From Squatina squatina (lineage: Eukaryota), in contig JARFOE010000080.1 of the NCBI GenBank assembly GCA_031763465.1, positions 8,978,117 to 9,032,895 of the forward strand: a stretch of DNA of 54,779 nt, written 5' to 3'. The notes under the pieces are model-generated. The model saw nothing but the letters and a program-made list of their open reading frames with translations. It had not been told where the DNA came from and did no database searches. Shown one piece after another: positions 38,970 through 49,475 of this stretch. Made by a program: the position numbers and the translations under genes. Position 1 is the stretch's first letter, and each line of letters begins with the position of its first letter.

Positions 38970-39205
38970 ACACACAGATATTGCTCAATAACACACACAA
39001 ATATTGTTCATTAACACTCGCAGATATTGTTCATTAGCAAACAGATATTGCTCATTAACAGACAGATATTGCTCATTAACAGACAAATATTGCTCATTAA
39101 CACACACAAATATTGTTAATTAACACTAACAGGAATTGCTCATTAACACACAGATATTGTTCATTAACTCAGACAGATATTGCTCATTAACTCAGACAGG
39201 TATTG
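38970..39205. repeat. ~20-24-bp minisatellite
   Basis: About 10 copies of acagatattgctcattaac(ac)n. Confidence 0.9.
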
Positions 39206-39478
39206 TGCACCATCCCAGACAGTTACAGATAGTGTATGCAAAATATATGTAATTTTCTGCCCTATAATAGTAAGCCCAAGAGATGAGATAAAAATAGGCA
39301 ACTTTGGAATTCATTCTTTGTTCAGGAGGCAACTTGTGGTAGACAAGGACAAGGAGACCAACATTCTCCTATAGATTGTATACTGAAGCTTCTGATGAAT
39401 AATGATGTCAGATTTTCTTTCCCTAAAGACGTCAAGGTACGATCACTTTCAAGAGGGTTTGACATATGGATGCTGTAC

Positions 39479-39591
39479 CTCTTACACCCAGAATTTCCAC
39501 ACATCAGCACTTTGCTTCCACCACAGCAAATGGTGCAAAAGGACTGGTATCCATCCTGATCATACAAGAACAGAGTCTCCAGGAAGTTGTC
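39479..39591 (-). CDS. DNMT3-family ADD (zinc-finger) domain exon, divergent, DNMT3L-like
   Basis: Acceptor tgtttctttctcaag|gac, donor aagag|gtacag, 113 bp. Translates DNFLETLFLYDQDGYQSFCTICCGGSKVLMCGNSGCKR; boundaries match the DNMT3A/B/L exon ending at ..C.R|. Confidence 0.88.
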
Positions 39592-40264
39592 CTTGAGAAA
39601 GAAACACACAGATGTTACAGTGCAAATAAAAAGGAAAATACAGGCAATCCTGGAAATGCACAGTAGTCAGCTGGCATCTGTAAGGAGCAAAGGATTGGCT
39701 AATGTTTCAGATATAAACCTTTGTCATTTTCTGTGCTCTTTCTGTTTTGATAAAATGTTATACCCGGAACATTAGCCCATCGTTTCTCTTTAGCAATGCG
39801 GATTGCTAAAATTTTACAAAATTATGATCCTGAAGTGGAGTCTTACCCATCAGCAGCACATCCTGGAAATGTTTGTGCAAGTAATGGACAGAACATCTGT
39901 CGGTCAATTTCCAGCATTATGGTTTTTAATGCAATATTTATTCACATACTTCTAAAATATTTTTTTGCACTCCCACGATAAATGTTTGTCTAAATTTTTT
40001 AAATAATTCAAAATCTTGCTTTTAAAAATCGTCCAAACCAACTATGCAGGGTTTAGTATTACACATTCTTAAGTGATGTGCCTTTTTGAATTTTTTATCC
40101 ACTCAAGGATTAAGCGACAATAATGGGACATGACAGCAAGGGTTTACAGTGAAGTATAATGTTCTGGCATTGAATTTACAAATCTTTCAATTCATGAGCT
40201 TGCCACCTAGAGTTTCGGTGGGGATTCCTTGCTCTCATTCTGTAATTTCAGTGGGAGATTGGCA

Positions 40265-40322
40265 AAAACCCTCAATAACTGTCGAAAACCCTCAATAACT
40301 GTTGAGAACCCTCAATAACCGT
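40265..40322. repeat. 20-bp tandem repeat x3
   Basis: aaaaccctcaataactgtcg / aaaaccctcaataactgttg / agaaccctcaataaccgtc. Confidence 0.85.
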
Positions 40323-40334
40323 CAAGAGATTGAA

Positions 40335-40461
40335 TAAAAGTGGAAAAATAGAGTATGAGAGTAAACTTGCAAGGAACATAAAGTGGACTGTAAAAGCTTC
40401 TACAAATATGTTAAAAGAAAAAGATTAGTGAAGACAAATGTAGGTCCCTTACAGTCAGAAA
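40335..40461 (+). mobile_element. CR1 LINE ORF2 fragment
   Basis: KIEYESKLARNIKVDCKSFYKYVKRKRLVKTNVGPLQSE. Confidence 0.85.
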
Positions 40462-41534
40462 NNNNNNNNNNNNNNNNNNNNNNNNNNNNNNNNNNNNNNN
40501 NNNNNNNNNNNNNNNNNNNNNNNNNNNNNNNNNNNNNNNNNNNNNNNNNNNNNNNNNNNNNCGTTGACTCTGTTTTTCTCTCCACAGATGCTGCCTGACC
40601 TGCTGAGTTTTTCCATACAGGATCAGCTAGTTGAAGGTAAATGTTTAGAATATCCAGTATTTTCAAGTTGAAGTTGCTTCCTTTTGATGATGTAGGTCTG
40701 GGCACTCACAGTTCTCTTTCAGAGGGTTTATTAGCTGGTTTCCTGCCGTTATACCCTGCTGTTTCTTTTCATGACACAGAATTCAAGTGACTAAGGCAAA
40801 GCAATTGTAACACAATAAAAAGAACCTCGAAATTTCATAACATCCCCTTTTATCTGTCATGGAGTTTTTCAGAATGTTTTTTTAAAATCTGTTGTTTCAA
40901 AAAATTAAACCATTTTTTTAACCCTGTAAAAAGTTTTTTTCAAGGTAAGGACTTTCCCTCGCCAGTAACATGTTGGTACTGAGGCTCTGTTTCTGATGCT
41001 GTCAGGTCAGTCGATTCAAATATCAGGACAGAGGAGAGATGTTTACAGTAAATTTCACCCGACCAAATGTTTTCTGAAAAATTCTACAAAATCTTTGATT
41101 TTGCTCTTTCCTATCAGAAACAATTATGAACTTCACAGAGCACATCAAGGTAAAAGTTTCAGATACAGAAGCTCATATGATTAGTTTGCAATTGTTACCA
41201 TTAGCTTATACTTTAATGCAATTAGTTTAAGTTTGTATACCATGAGTTTATATTTCCTTTGCCATAGGTATGCATACACATATATATAAAGTACGTTAAT
41301 AAGTATGGGTATTGACATCAACATTCAACTGAATATGCAAGAATATTGTTCAAAGCAAATGTATAGACATCTGATAATATATTGAGTTTCATGTCCATCA
41401 ATATATATGTGGCGTGTATAATTATAAACTCCAATGTACAATTTATTTTATTTGTTCTTTAAGTGATGCACCTGTACAGTATTTTCTTCACTCTTTCACT
41501 TCATTTTAGGTCTGAAAGCTGGTTCTAGAATAAT

Positions 41535-41838
41535 ATGTCATCTGACATAAATATGGCCAAACGTGAGATAAAATCCAAAAAATGTGAACTAATCGAGTGC
41601 CTCTGCAGTGATCCTGATTATATTTTGCAGAAAATAGACTCAAAGGAAATGCTTTTCCATCATGAGTATCAGACACTCAAATACCAGCAGAATCCTGTTA
41701 AAAGGATCACAGATCTTCTTGACCTCATATTAGGAAAAGGAGAGAAAAAATGTGAAGAGTTTATCCATGCATTGAAAGAAGTTCAAGACACTTATCCTCA
41801 ACTCAGACAATTAGTACCAACCAACATTAAGAGCCAAG
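41535..41838 (+). CDS. First coding exon of a CARD (death-fold) protein
   Basis: Acceptor ttcattttag|g (exon from 41510), ATG at 41535, donor caag|gtaaga. MAKREIKSKKCELIECL..DPDYILQKIDSKEML..EYQTLK..RITDLLDLILGKGEKKCEEFIHALKEVQDTYPQL carries the CARD signature LLD.+..KG...C..F+..L....P.L. Confidence 0.85.
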
Positions 41839-41956
41839 GTAAGAAAGGGGAATACTGGCATCAATGAAAACTCTTTAGTAAATTTATGTTCTTTAAATTG
41901 ACAAGGGAGAATTGTCATAATCTGACATGTATTTGATACGACAACACTATCAGTAT

Positions 41957-42748
41957 GGGCTCAAAATTGCCCCTTTTTGCACTACAGGTTAATGCCTCCA
42001 GGTGCACTCATGGGGCACGAAACACTTTTTGCCCAAGGAGGGCAAGGGCGGGGGGGGTGGTGGCGGGGGAGGTGGGGGTTGCTAATAGCTCCCAGGAAAT
42101 TACCCGGGAGTTAGCGTAGGCAAAGCCATGGTAGCACCGTGCCCGTGGATAGCACCCCAGATCGCCGCACAACCGGTGATGACATCACCGCTATGTGCAG
42201 CGACCCCTTCGTGCCCCACGACGGATATTGGCCCGCGAGGCTGGCACGGCCAGGCGTTAGTGCCAGCATCACAGATTGCAAACTGGGCCACCATCTGTTC
42301 GCGGGGCAGAAGTTAAAGGGAAGCTCGCAAGCTCCCCACGCCACCATCTTGCCGGTTTTGCCGTCTCACTGGTCAACTCCAATTCCTGTCCCCTAGCATG
42401 GTCCAGGCTGCCATCATGCAGGCCTGGTCCCACACTGCCCTGGTGGTCCAGTGGAGGCCATCGGAGGCTTTGTAGAGTAGGCAGTGCCCCTCCCCTTTAA
42501 TCGAAAGGGAGGGGCATTGAAGCGCATCAGCCTTACGTGGAGCATTCGCATAGTGCTTCCCTGACCACCCCAGTAGTGCCCCAGTAACCACCTCAAAAGG
42601 AAGTGGAGTGGGCAAGATTGCATTCTGCTTCCTTTCATGGGTGGTAAGGGCAATTCTGCAACTGGGGTGGGACTTCTGTGCTGGGCGCTAAAAGTCCCGG
42701 CCCAGAAGGTTACTGCCCCCAATAAGGGCATGGGAGAATTTCACCCCC
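41957..42748. mobile_element. GC-rich Harbinger-type MITE in the intron after the CARD exon
   Basis: Imperfect TIRs gggctcaaaattgcccc / gggagaatttcaccccc, flanks tat/tag, CpG-rich interior. Confidence 0.7.
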
Positions 42749-42894
42749 TAGATGTCTTTGTTGGCACTTTTAATGTGCAACTAGATTCATAACCCAGAAC
42801 CCTCTTGCTCTACTATCCTGGAATATTATTTCAGGTTTCGTTTCTCGATTCTGTTCAATATTTTGTGTAACGCTTTAAAGTTCAAGATTGTAGA

Positions 42895-43113
42895 GTTCTT
42901 TGAAGGTGGCAAGACATATTGAGAGAGTAGTTGGCAAAATATATGGGATCTTGTGCTTCATAATTAGAGGTACTGAGTACAAAAGTAGGGAGGTTATGCT
43001 GAACCTTTATAAAGCACTAGTTAGGCCACAACTAGAGAATTGCGTCCAGTTCTGGTCGCCACACTTTAGGAAGGATGTGAAGGTCCTGGAGAGGGTGCAG
43101 AGGAGATTTACCA
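42895..43113 (+). mobile_element. CR1 LINE ORF2 fragment
   Basis: EYKSREVMLNLYKALVRPQLENCVQFWSPHFRKDVKVLERVQRRFT. Confidence 0.9.
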
Positions 43114-43226
43114 NNNNNNNNNNNNNNNNNNNNNNNNNNNNNNNNNNNNNNNNNNNNNNNNNNNNNNNNNNNNNNNNNNNNNNNNNNNNNNNNNNNNNNN
43201 NNNNNNNNNNNNNTAAATTGCACTAC

Positions 43227-43395
43227 CTTTATTCTTGTTTGCATCAGTGTAGGTATATCCTGCAGCTGTCCCGGATTTACGCCCAAAAAGACCCGAGAGA
43301 TTTGGGCCAACCATGTTTTTTCCACCTTTTTCAATAGTGTGGCACACAGCACACTTCTGCACGAAGATCTTCTTTCCTTTCTCTGGATCACCCAT
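43227..43395 (-). CDS. Cytochrome c, first coding exon (divergent paralogue)
   Basis: [57 protein letters not shown] with CxxCH. Acceptor 5 nt upstream of the ATG; donor aaag|gtagtg after 169 coding nt, the vertebrate CYCS intron position. Confidence 0.93.
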
Positions 43396-44939
43396 TTAGA
43401 CTTTAACATGACAAAAAGGAAAACATTAGGGATTGTACGTGAACTATAGTAACTTGCTGTCAAATTTGAAAATGATTGATTCAAATTCTATGCCATAACA
43501 TGACTAAAAAGCACACTTAAGAGCTCAATTTGTGAACCTTTGGCTATCAGTAGCATAAGTTGTAAAACTTAGATGGAAATTTTCATAGTGCTTTTCATTT
43601 GGAGCATAACATTATTGCATGCTTTAAGCTTAATAACATTTTTAATTGCAGGCAGAGCTGAGATGTGTTGTGTGGTCTAATGTATTTTACCCATTTCATT
43701 CTTCTCTTAATGAGCTAAACTTCCAACCGACTAGTGATAAATCAATTTTAAAATCAGACCAGTTGTTAGTAGACAAAAAGAGGTATTACGATATTAATGT
43801 AAAGAGTTTAGTACCCTCAGAACTCGATTGCGAATTTTCGTCTTGCAGTTTGCTGAATGTTACGGGTGCAGTGAATCTAGCGGTGCCGATACTGGGAAGC
43901 TGTGATTTGGTTTGTTTTAATTGTAGACATGTGCACATATACAACTCATCTGTATTTACGTTCGTTAATTTTCTCCGTCTGTCACATTGCTTTTCCATAT
44001 TACAGACTTTGTAAGCACCAGACTTTTTTTTTCTAAGTCAGACTAAACAGTTTACTCAACACTGGATTAACAATCAAAATTGGGATTTCTCAGAAATTCT
44101 TCGTCACGTCCTTTTGAAGTTAAGCACTTGGTTGTGCACATCTATCCTTGTTGCTCCTTTGGCTAGTCTACAGCACATGGGAGCTCAGCCCCATTACATT
44201 GCTCGACTCCGGTATCAATCCCCATCCTTCCACTATTATTCAGCCGCATTAGGACCATCCATTATTGTTGCACGTGGCTTACTTGTTAAAAATGGTCTGC
44301 ACATCTTTCTATTTATTGGCTGCGTCATTTTCACGATGGAGGTACTGATCTACACCAGCTTGATATAAAGGTGCACCAGTCCCAGCATCTGCTCGCATCC
44401 ATATCTACACAATGCCTGGGATTTGGATTCTACTGCAAAGCTCGGATGGGTGGCGATATCCTGATACTCGGTGATATTGGGGCATCAAAGTTGGAATGAT
44501 TTCAGAGCAGTGTTCAGTACTCTAATATATCATNNNNNNNNNNNNNNNNNNNNNNNNNNNNNNNNNNNNNNNNNNNNNNNNNNNNNNNNNNACTGTAAGG
44601 CTCCAGTATTTGGGGTATTATGGACAATAGAGTTCAACTGACTGGTCAAATATCGATTTAAACATTAACACTGGCACAACCAAGATTGTGACAACATTGG
44701 ATGCAGAAAAATATACACAAGAGCAATCAACCCATCTTGGAAATGTCCGCACAAACCTATTCAACATTTTTTAAAACAAGTTAGATTGATACCTTTTAAA
44801 ATATTTTACAGACGAGGAACTAAAAATAGCTGTTAAACGGACATCTCTTACTCTCCCAGTATCTGAGCGGTCAATGCCAGATTGGGCTTCTGATTCCTGT
44901 GTTTTCTCCTCTAGATTATCACTGCCCATCAAAAATGTA

Positions 44940-45442
44940 GGACCTGGAGTTTCCCCCTTGGGAGAAACCCGAAAATGTTCATTTCAACTTATTTAGCCGG
45001 CATTCCTGCACATCAGGCACAGCGACTGCAATCGGGGAAGCATTGCACTTGTTACGGTGAAATACTTAGGCCATAAAACCCCATTGAAAGAATGAGGAAA
45101 TACAGAGCAGGTACTAGTGTGCACACACTAACTCAAACATTGCAGATTTCTTTTCTGCTGCACCTGAAGCTCGGCTGCGAATGTTGAGACCATCGCTCCA
45201 CCCGAGAAAACAACATGCAATTGGAGGATTGGAGGGTGGCCGGGATTGTGGGGAGGAGGGGGAATTTGTTTCGATGAAAGATTTGATGGACCGATGTTAA
45301 AGATCAAGGAAACCTGGGTATATTGCAGTTACACAAGTAACTCACTTACGCCAAAAACTCGGGGATTTTTTAAAGCCACATAATTGGTTTACGTCCAGGT
45401 TACACGTCTCTCTGGGCATAAATGCGGAGGGAACTCCAGGCC
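44940..45442. mobile_element. ~500-bp MITE downstream of GJA8
   Basis: Imperfect TIRs ggacctggagtttcccc / ggagggaactccaggcc, followed by TAA (Harbinger-like target). Confidence 0.55.
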
Positions 45443-45786
45443 TAAATACATGAATGAGGATTAAAGTATGGTTAATTCAAACGGCGGCAGATTTTTTATA
45501 TTAAATGATGAAGGTGCATCAAATATTGGGGTCCTATAGTTTCTTCTAAATGTTTTAAAGGTTTCTAGTGTAACTGGTGTGGTGGCATAACGTAAAAGCT
45601 AAGGTAAGGATCAGGAAAGGTTCAATATAGAATTACGTTATTTTAAAGTTCATTAAATATATTGCAAAGTGCCACTGTTACCATGGCTTTCCAAAGTACC
45701 CCATACCTGTATCAGTTTTCCCCTTTAGTTTTGGTACTCAGAGGCTTTTACACTTAAATTTCTCCAATACTTTCTTTGATATTATA

Positions 45787-46974
45787 TCATACAGTTAAAT
45801 CGTCAGACCGAGCTCTACTACTCGCTTTGCTCAACCTGCTCAGTGGTCTTGTGTCCACTAAGCTCTCGCTCGTTCCTGCCGCTGGTTCTGGCTCGGTCTT
45901 TTCGCCCTCTTCTTCTGGTTCTGCCCATGGTACAGGTTCTGATTCTGGCACCAGTTCTGGTTCTACTTGTGCTTCTGCCGGTTGCTCTGGTTCGGGATCT
46001 TCTTGCTGCTCGTAGGCTAGCAACGTCTCGTTGTAGACCTTAACCAAATCTTCCACCGGGCCAACACACTTGGCTTTCTCTTGGTAGCTGATGAAAGGGG
46101 GTGGGCTCACATCTACCCCAACCTCGGTCATTGGGAAGAAATGGGTCACTGGTTTGTCTTCTTCCAGGAGTTTGTAGCCTTTGGATTTCTGCACGGAGGG
46201 CACGCTGATGGAGTGGAATGGCTTGTGCGAAGGATAGTCTACATGNNNNNNNNNNNNNNNNNNNNNNNNNNNNNNNNNTTTTTTCCAACCCAGGTGGCTT
46301 ATCTCTATGAAATTCAGGAATAGAGATACTGAAGCCACAGCTAGCATGAAAATGACAAAAACTGTTTTCTCAGTTGGCCTCGAGACAAAGCAATCGACTG
46401 TATTGGGACAAGGCCATCTACTGCATCGGTACAATGGTAAGATATGGAATCCATAGAGGAAATATTGACCAACCACAAAACCAACTTCAAAAATGGTTTT
46501 GAAAATTATGTGGCAGATGTAGGTTCTCAGCAACGTGCCTTCCAGGCGGAACTTTTTGTTTGTCTTGCTGGATTCTTTAATAACTTCATCGGGAGCTAAA
46601 GGCAGCCGCTCCTCATTCATTTCTTGTTGTCTATTCATGTCTTCCTCCCTCTCTTTTCTCTTTTCCTCCATCCTGACGTGATGAACCGCATGGCCAACGT
46701 AGACCAAGGATGGTGTGGAGACGAAGATGATCTGGAGGACCCAGAGCCTTATGTGGGAGATGGGAAAAGCTTCGTCGTAGCAGACATTCTCGCAACCTGG
46801 CTGTTGGGTATTGCAAACAAAATCGGACTGTTCATCTCCCCACACGAACTCGGCAGCCGTGCCAAGGATTAGGATTCGAAAAATAAACAACACTGTCAAC
46901 CACACTCTCCCTATCACAGTGGAATGTTCATTCACTTCTTCCAAAATGTTTCCCAGGAAACTCCAATCTCCCAT
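45787..46974 (-). CDS. GJA8: Gap junction alpha-8 (connexin 50), single coding exon with a 33-N internal gap
   Basis: [92 protein letters not shown]-terminal [14 protein letters not shown]; acceptor ttttctttttaatag| with the exon starting at 46987. Confidence 0.97.
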   Translation of the reverse strand: MGDWSFLGNILEEVNEHSTVIGRVWLTVLFIFRILILGTAAEFVWGDEQSDFVCNTQQPGCENVCYDEAFPISHIRLWVLQIIFVSTPSLVYVGHAVHHVRMEEKRKEREEDMNRQQEMNEERLPLAPDEVIKESSKTNKKFRLEGTLLRTYICHIIFKTIFEVGFVVGQYFLYGFHILPLYRCSRWPCPNTVDCFVSRPTEKTVFVIFMLAVASVSLFLNFIEISHLGWKKXXXXXXXXXXXHVDYPSHKPFHSISVPSVQKSKGYKLLEEDKPVTHFFPMTEVGVDVSPPPFISYQEKAKCVGPVEDLVKVYNETLLAYEQQEDPEPEQPAEAQVEPELVPESEPVPWAEPEEEGEKTEPEPAAGTSESLVDTRPLSRLSKASSRARSDDLTV

Positions 46975-48968
46975 TCTCGCGGTTTACCTATTAAAAAGAA
47001 AATAATACGTTTGGCTTGAACGGGCGAGAATTTGAGTTTATTTTCCCTTCAATGAAATGCAACGGTCAATATATCTCACAAATAAATACGTCTTTTCCAA
47101 CTTTTTACAATCAAATGACTTTTTTTTCTGTGCTTCTGTGCCTTGCCCAGCTAATCATTTGTTTCTAAACAAGATAAACTATTTCCAGAATCCCAATATT
47201 TCCTTTATCCAAAGAAAACCACGAAACAAATCCGGAGCAAATCAGTAAAGAAATCTACAACTGGAAGCATAACATTTCCCACTCAAACAACTATTAAAAT
47301 ATAATTTTAACATCATTAATTTGGCACCTTGCCGAGGTAAAACAACGCGTTATTCCGTCTCGCTCCCTTTTGGCACCCTGCAACACAGTTTGGGTGGACA
47401 CGTTGATACCTAAAGCGTGTCTCACGGCTGAACAGATGGGAAACGATNNNNNNNNNNNNNNNNNNNNNNNNNNNNNNNNNNNNNNNNNNNNNNNNNNNNN
47501 NNNNNNNNNNNNNNNNNNNNNNNNNNNNNNNNNNNNNNNNNNNNNNNAGGTAAGTTTAAGGGCGAACAATGAGGAGCTCTGATACAATATCTCCATTAAT
47601 GAGTGAGACACATTCTGTGTGGTATCAGAACTTATGTTTTATCAGACAGCATCATAAGTTATTACTGCAATACATCATTATAAAAATTATAAAGTAAAAT
47701 GTGCAACAATTGTTGGGCATTCAAAATAAAATACAGGTCTGTCAGTAGCTGAACAGAGAGAAGGTACATTAACATTTTGGGTGTTGACCCTTTATTATAA
47801 ACTGAAAGATAAGTAAGTCCCTTAATACAGTTGAACAAAAAAAGGAAGGGGTTCAAAACAATCAGAGATAAATCATATACATTGTTTAATACATTGATGG
47901 ATAAAAAAGATGCATAAAATGATGATTTTCATACAATTATATGATAATCGCATCATTATATTTAGGTGTGCATCCCAACCCAGACCATAGGATTTGAACT
48001 ATTACTGTAACAGTCAGACCACTGAACGTGTGATCACATGTTAACACAAAAAATAGTGACAACCACCATTATAAGAAACAATATATTTTATTTTATCTTT
48101 CAACAACACAGTCCTGGCAAGTGGTTCTCTACCAAAGTTCACAGAGTACACATAATTGTTTAAGATGGGAGAGGAAAAAATAAAAAAGACACAAATAAAC
48201 CTGGATTTTTAATACTTGCTTTACACTCTCACAGAAAACCTCACTTTGGGTTTATTATAAATGATAAAACTCATACTACTGCATGGTATCATGGGGCAAC
48301 ATGAAACAGAAAATATAACCCAACACTCCACTGTCAACATGGGATAATGCTTAAAATAAGGTACATCATTTGTCTGCTCCCTCCCAAGTTAGAAAAGCTG
48401 TAAAAGTACCAGAGGACAAACAGCTTTTCAAAAAAATTTCCACAGTCCATGTTTTGTCCAATGTATAAGAACACTGAAAATTCTTATTTGTCTTAATAAC
48501 TTGCATTTTTGTGCTTTTTTTGTTATTTTGTAGATTGTAATTTGGTTTAATATATACTGGAGTTGCGAAATTATTTTTTTATAACAAACATGGACACATA
48601 AACAGGACTGATGCTTTGTGAATCATGATACTCACCTCTCTCAAACACAAAGTTACAGTAAAAATCCCTTTTACAACACAGTACATTACACAATGATAAA
48701 AGGTTCTAGAGAAATAGTCCACAAAAGTAAACAAAAAACAAAAAAAAATGAACTGCAAGCCACATATTGTGGGTGCAGTTTTAAGAAGTGGGNNNNNNNN
48801 NNAATGCAAATTTCATTTTGAAGACTCATATACATTCTAAACTTTCACAAGCTTTGTTTTTTGTATGAACAATTATCAGTCCGTCTTGCACATGCACAGA
48901 ATTCCTAGTGCATTTCAAACACCTCTGTATGTGTCGGAGCATAAGGAAAATGTTCCAACTATAAGCAG

Positions 48969-49375
48969 CTAAAACATCGTATTCCCTGAACTACCTGGTC
49001 CGTGATTAAATCCCATGCCTATGTCAGCAGCCATACCTCTAGGCCGCATTTGGGGTGGTATCATCATATTCTGCTGAGGTCCCACCATCCCTTGTAGTGA
49101 CATCATCACGTTGTGCTGAGGAGAGCCTACTGGGCTGGGATGACTGTACATACCTCCAGGGACCCTTTCCTTTCTGTGAATCATAATTACATTTGGGTTG
49201 TTCATTTGTGAGAGCATGCCACCTTGTGGTGGTGACATTATCCGATGCATAAAGGCAGATGGTCTCATGGGATTATGTCCTGGCATAGAAGCAGGATTAC
49301 CCATGGCCATTTCATGCACTCCAACAACATTATGTCCTCCCACATTAGGCATTGTCAATCCCATTCTGGCTGGAT
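48969..49375 (-). CDS. BCL9: BCL9 C-terminal part of last exon
   Basis: PGHNPMRP..MYSHPSPVGSP..GPQQNMMIPPQMRPRGMAADIGMGFNHGPGSSGNTMF* matches the BCL9 C-terminus. Confidence 0.9.
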
Positions 49376-49475
49376 NNNNNNNNNNNNNNNNNNNNNNNNN
49401 NNNNNNNNNNNNNNNNNNNNNNNNNNNNNNNNNNNNNNNNNNNNNNNNNNNNNNNNNNNNNNNNNNNNNNNNNNN

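Noticed and set aside
39796-39981. Additional DNMT3 exon near the ADD exon
   Set aside because: It is on the opposite strand, and the flanking ADD exon motifs (C..CG...HPLF.G.C or C.C..C.D.LVG) were not found on this contig.
28193-40322. Short repeat arrays (28193, 38970, 40265) as CRISPR-like arrays
   Set aside because: They are head-to-tail degenerate units without unique spacers or cas genes, in a vertebrate context.
41510-43400. CARD gene next to cytochrome c as an 'apoptosome module'
   Set aside because: They lie on different contigs separated by a CR1 fragment and a 100-N gap, so the true distance is unknown and nothing shows a functional link.
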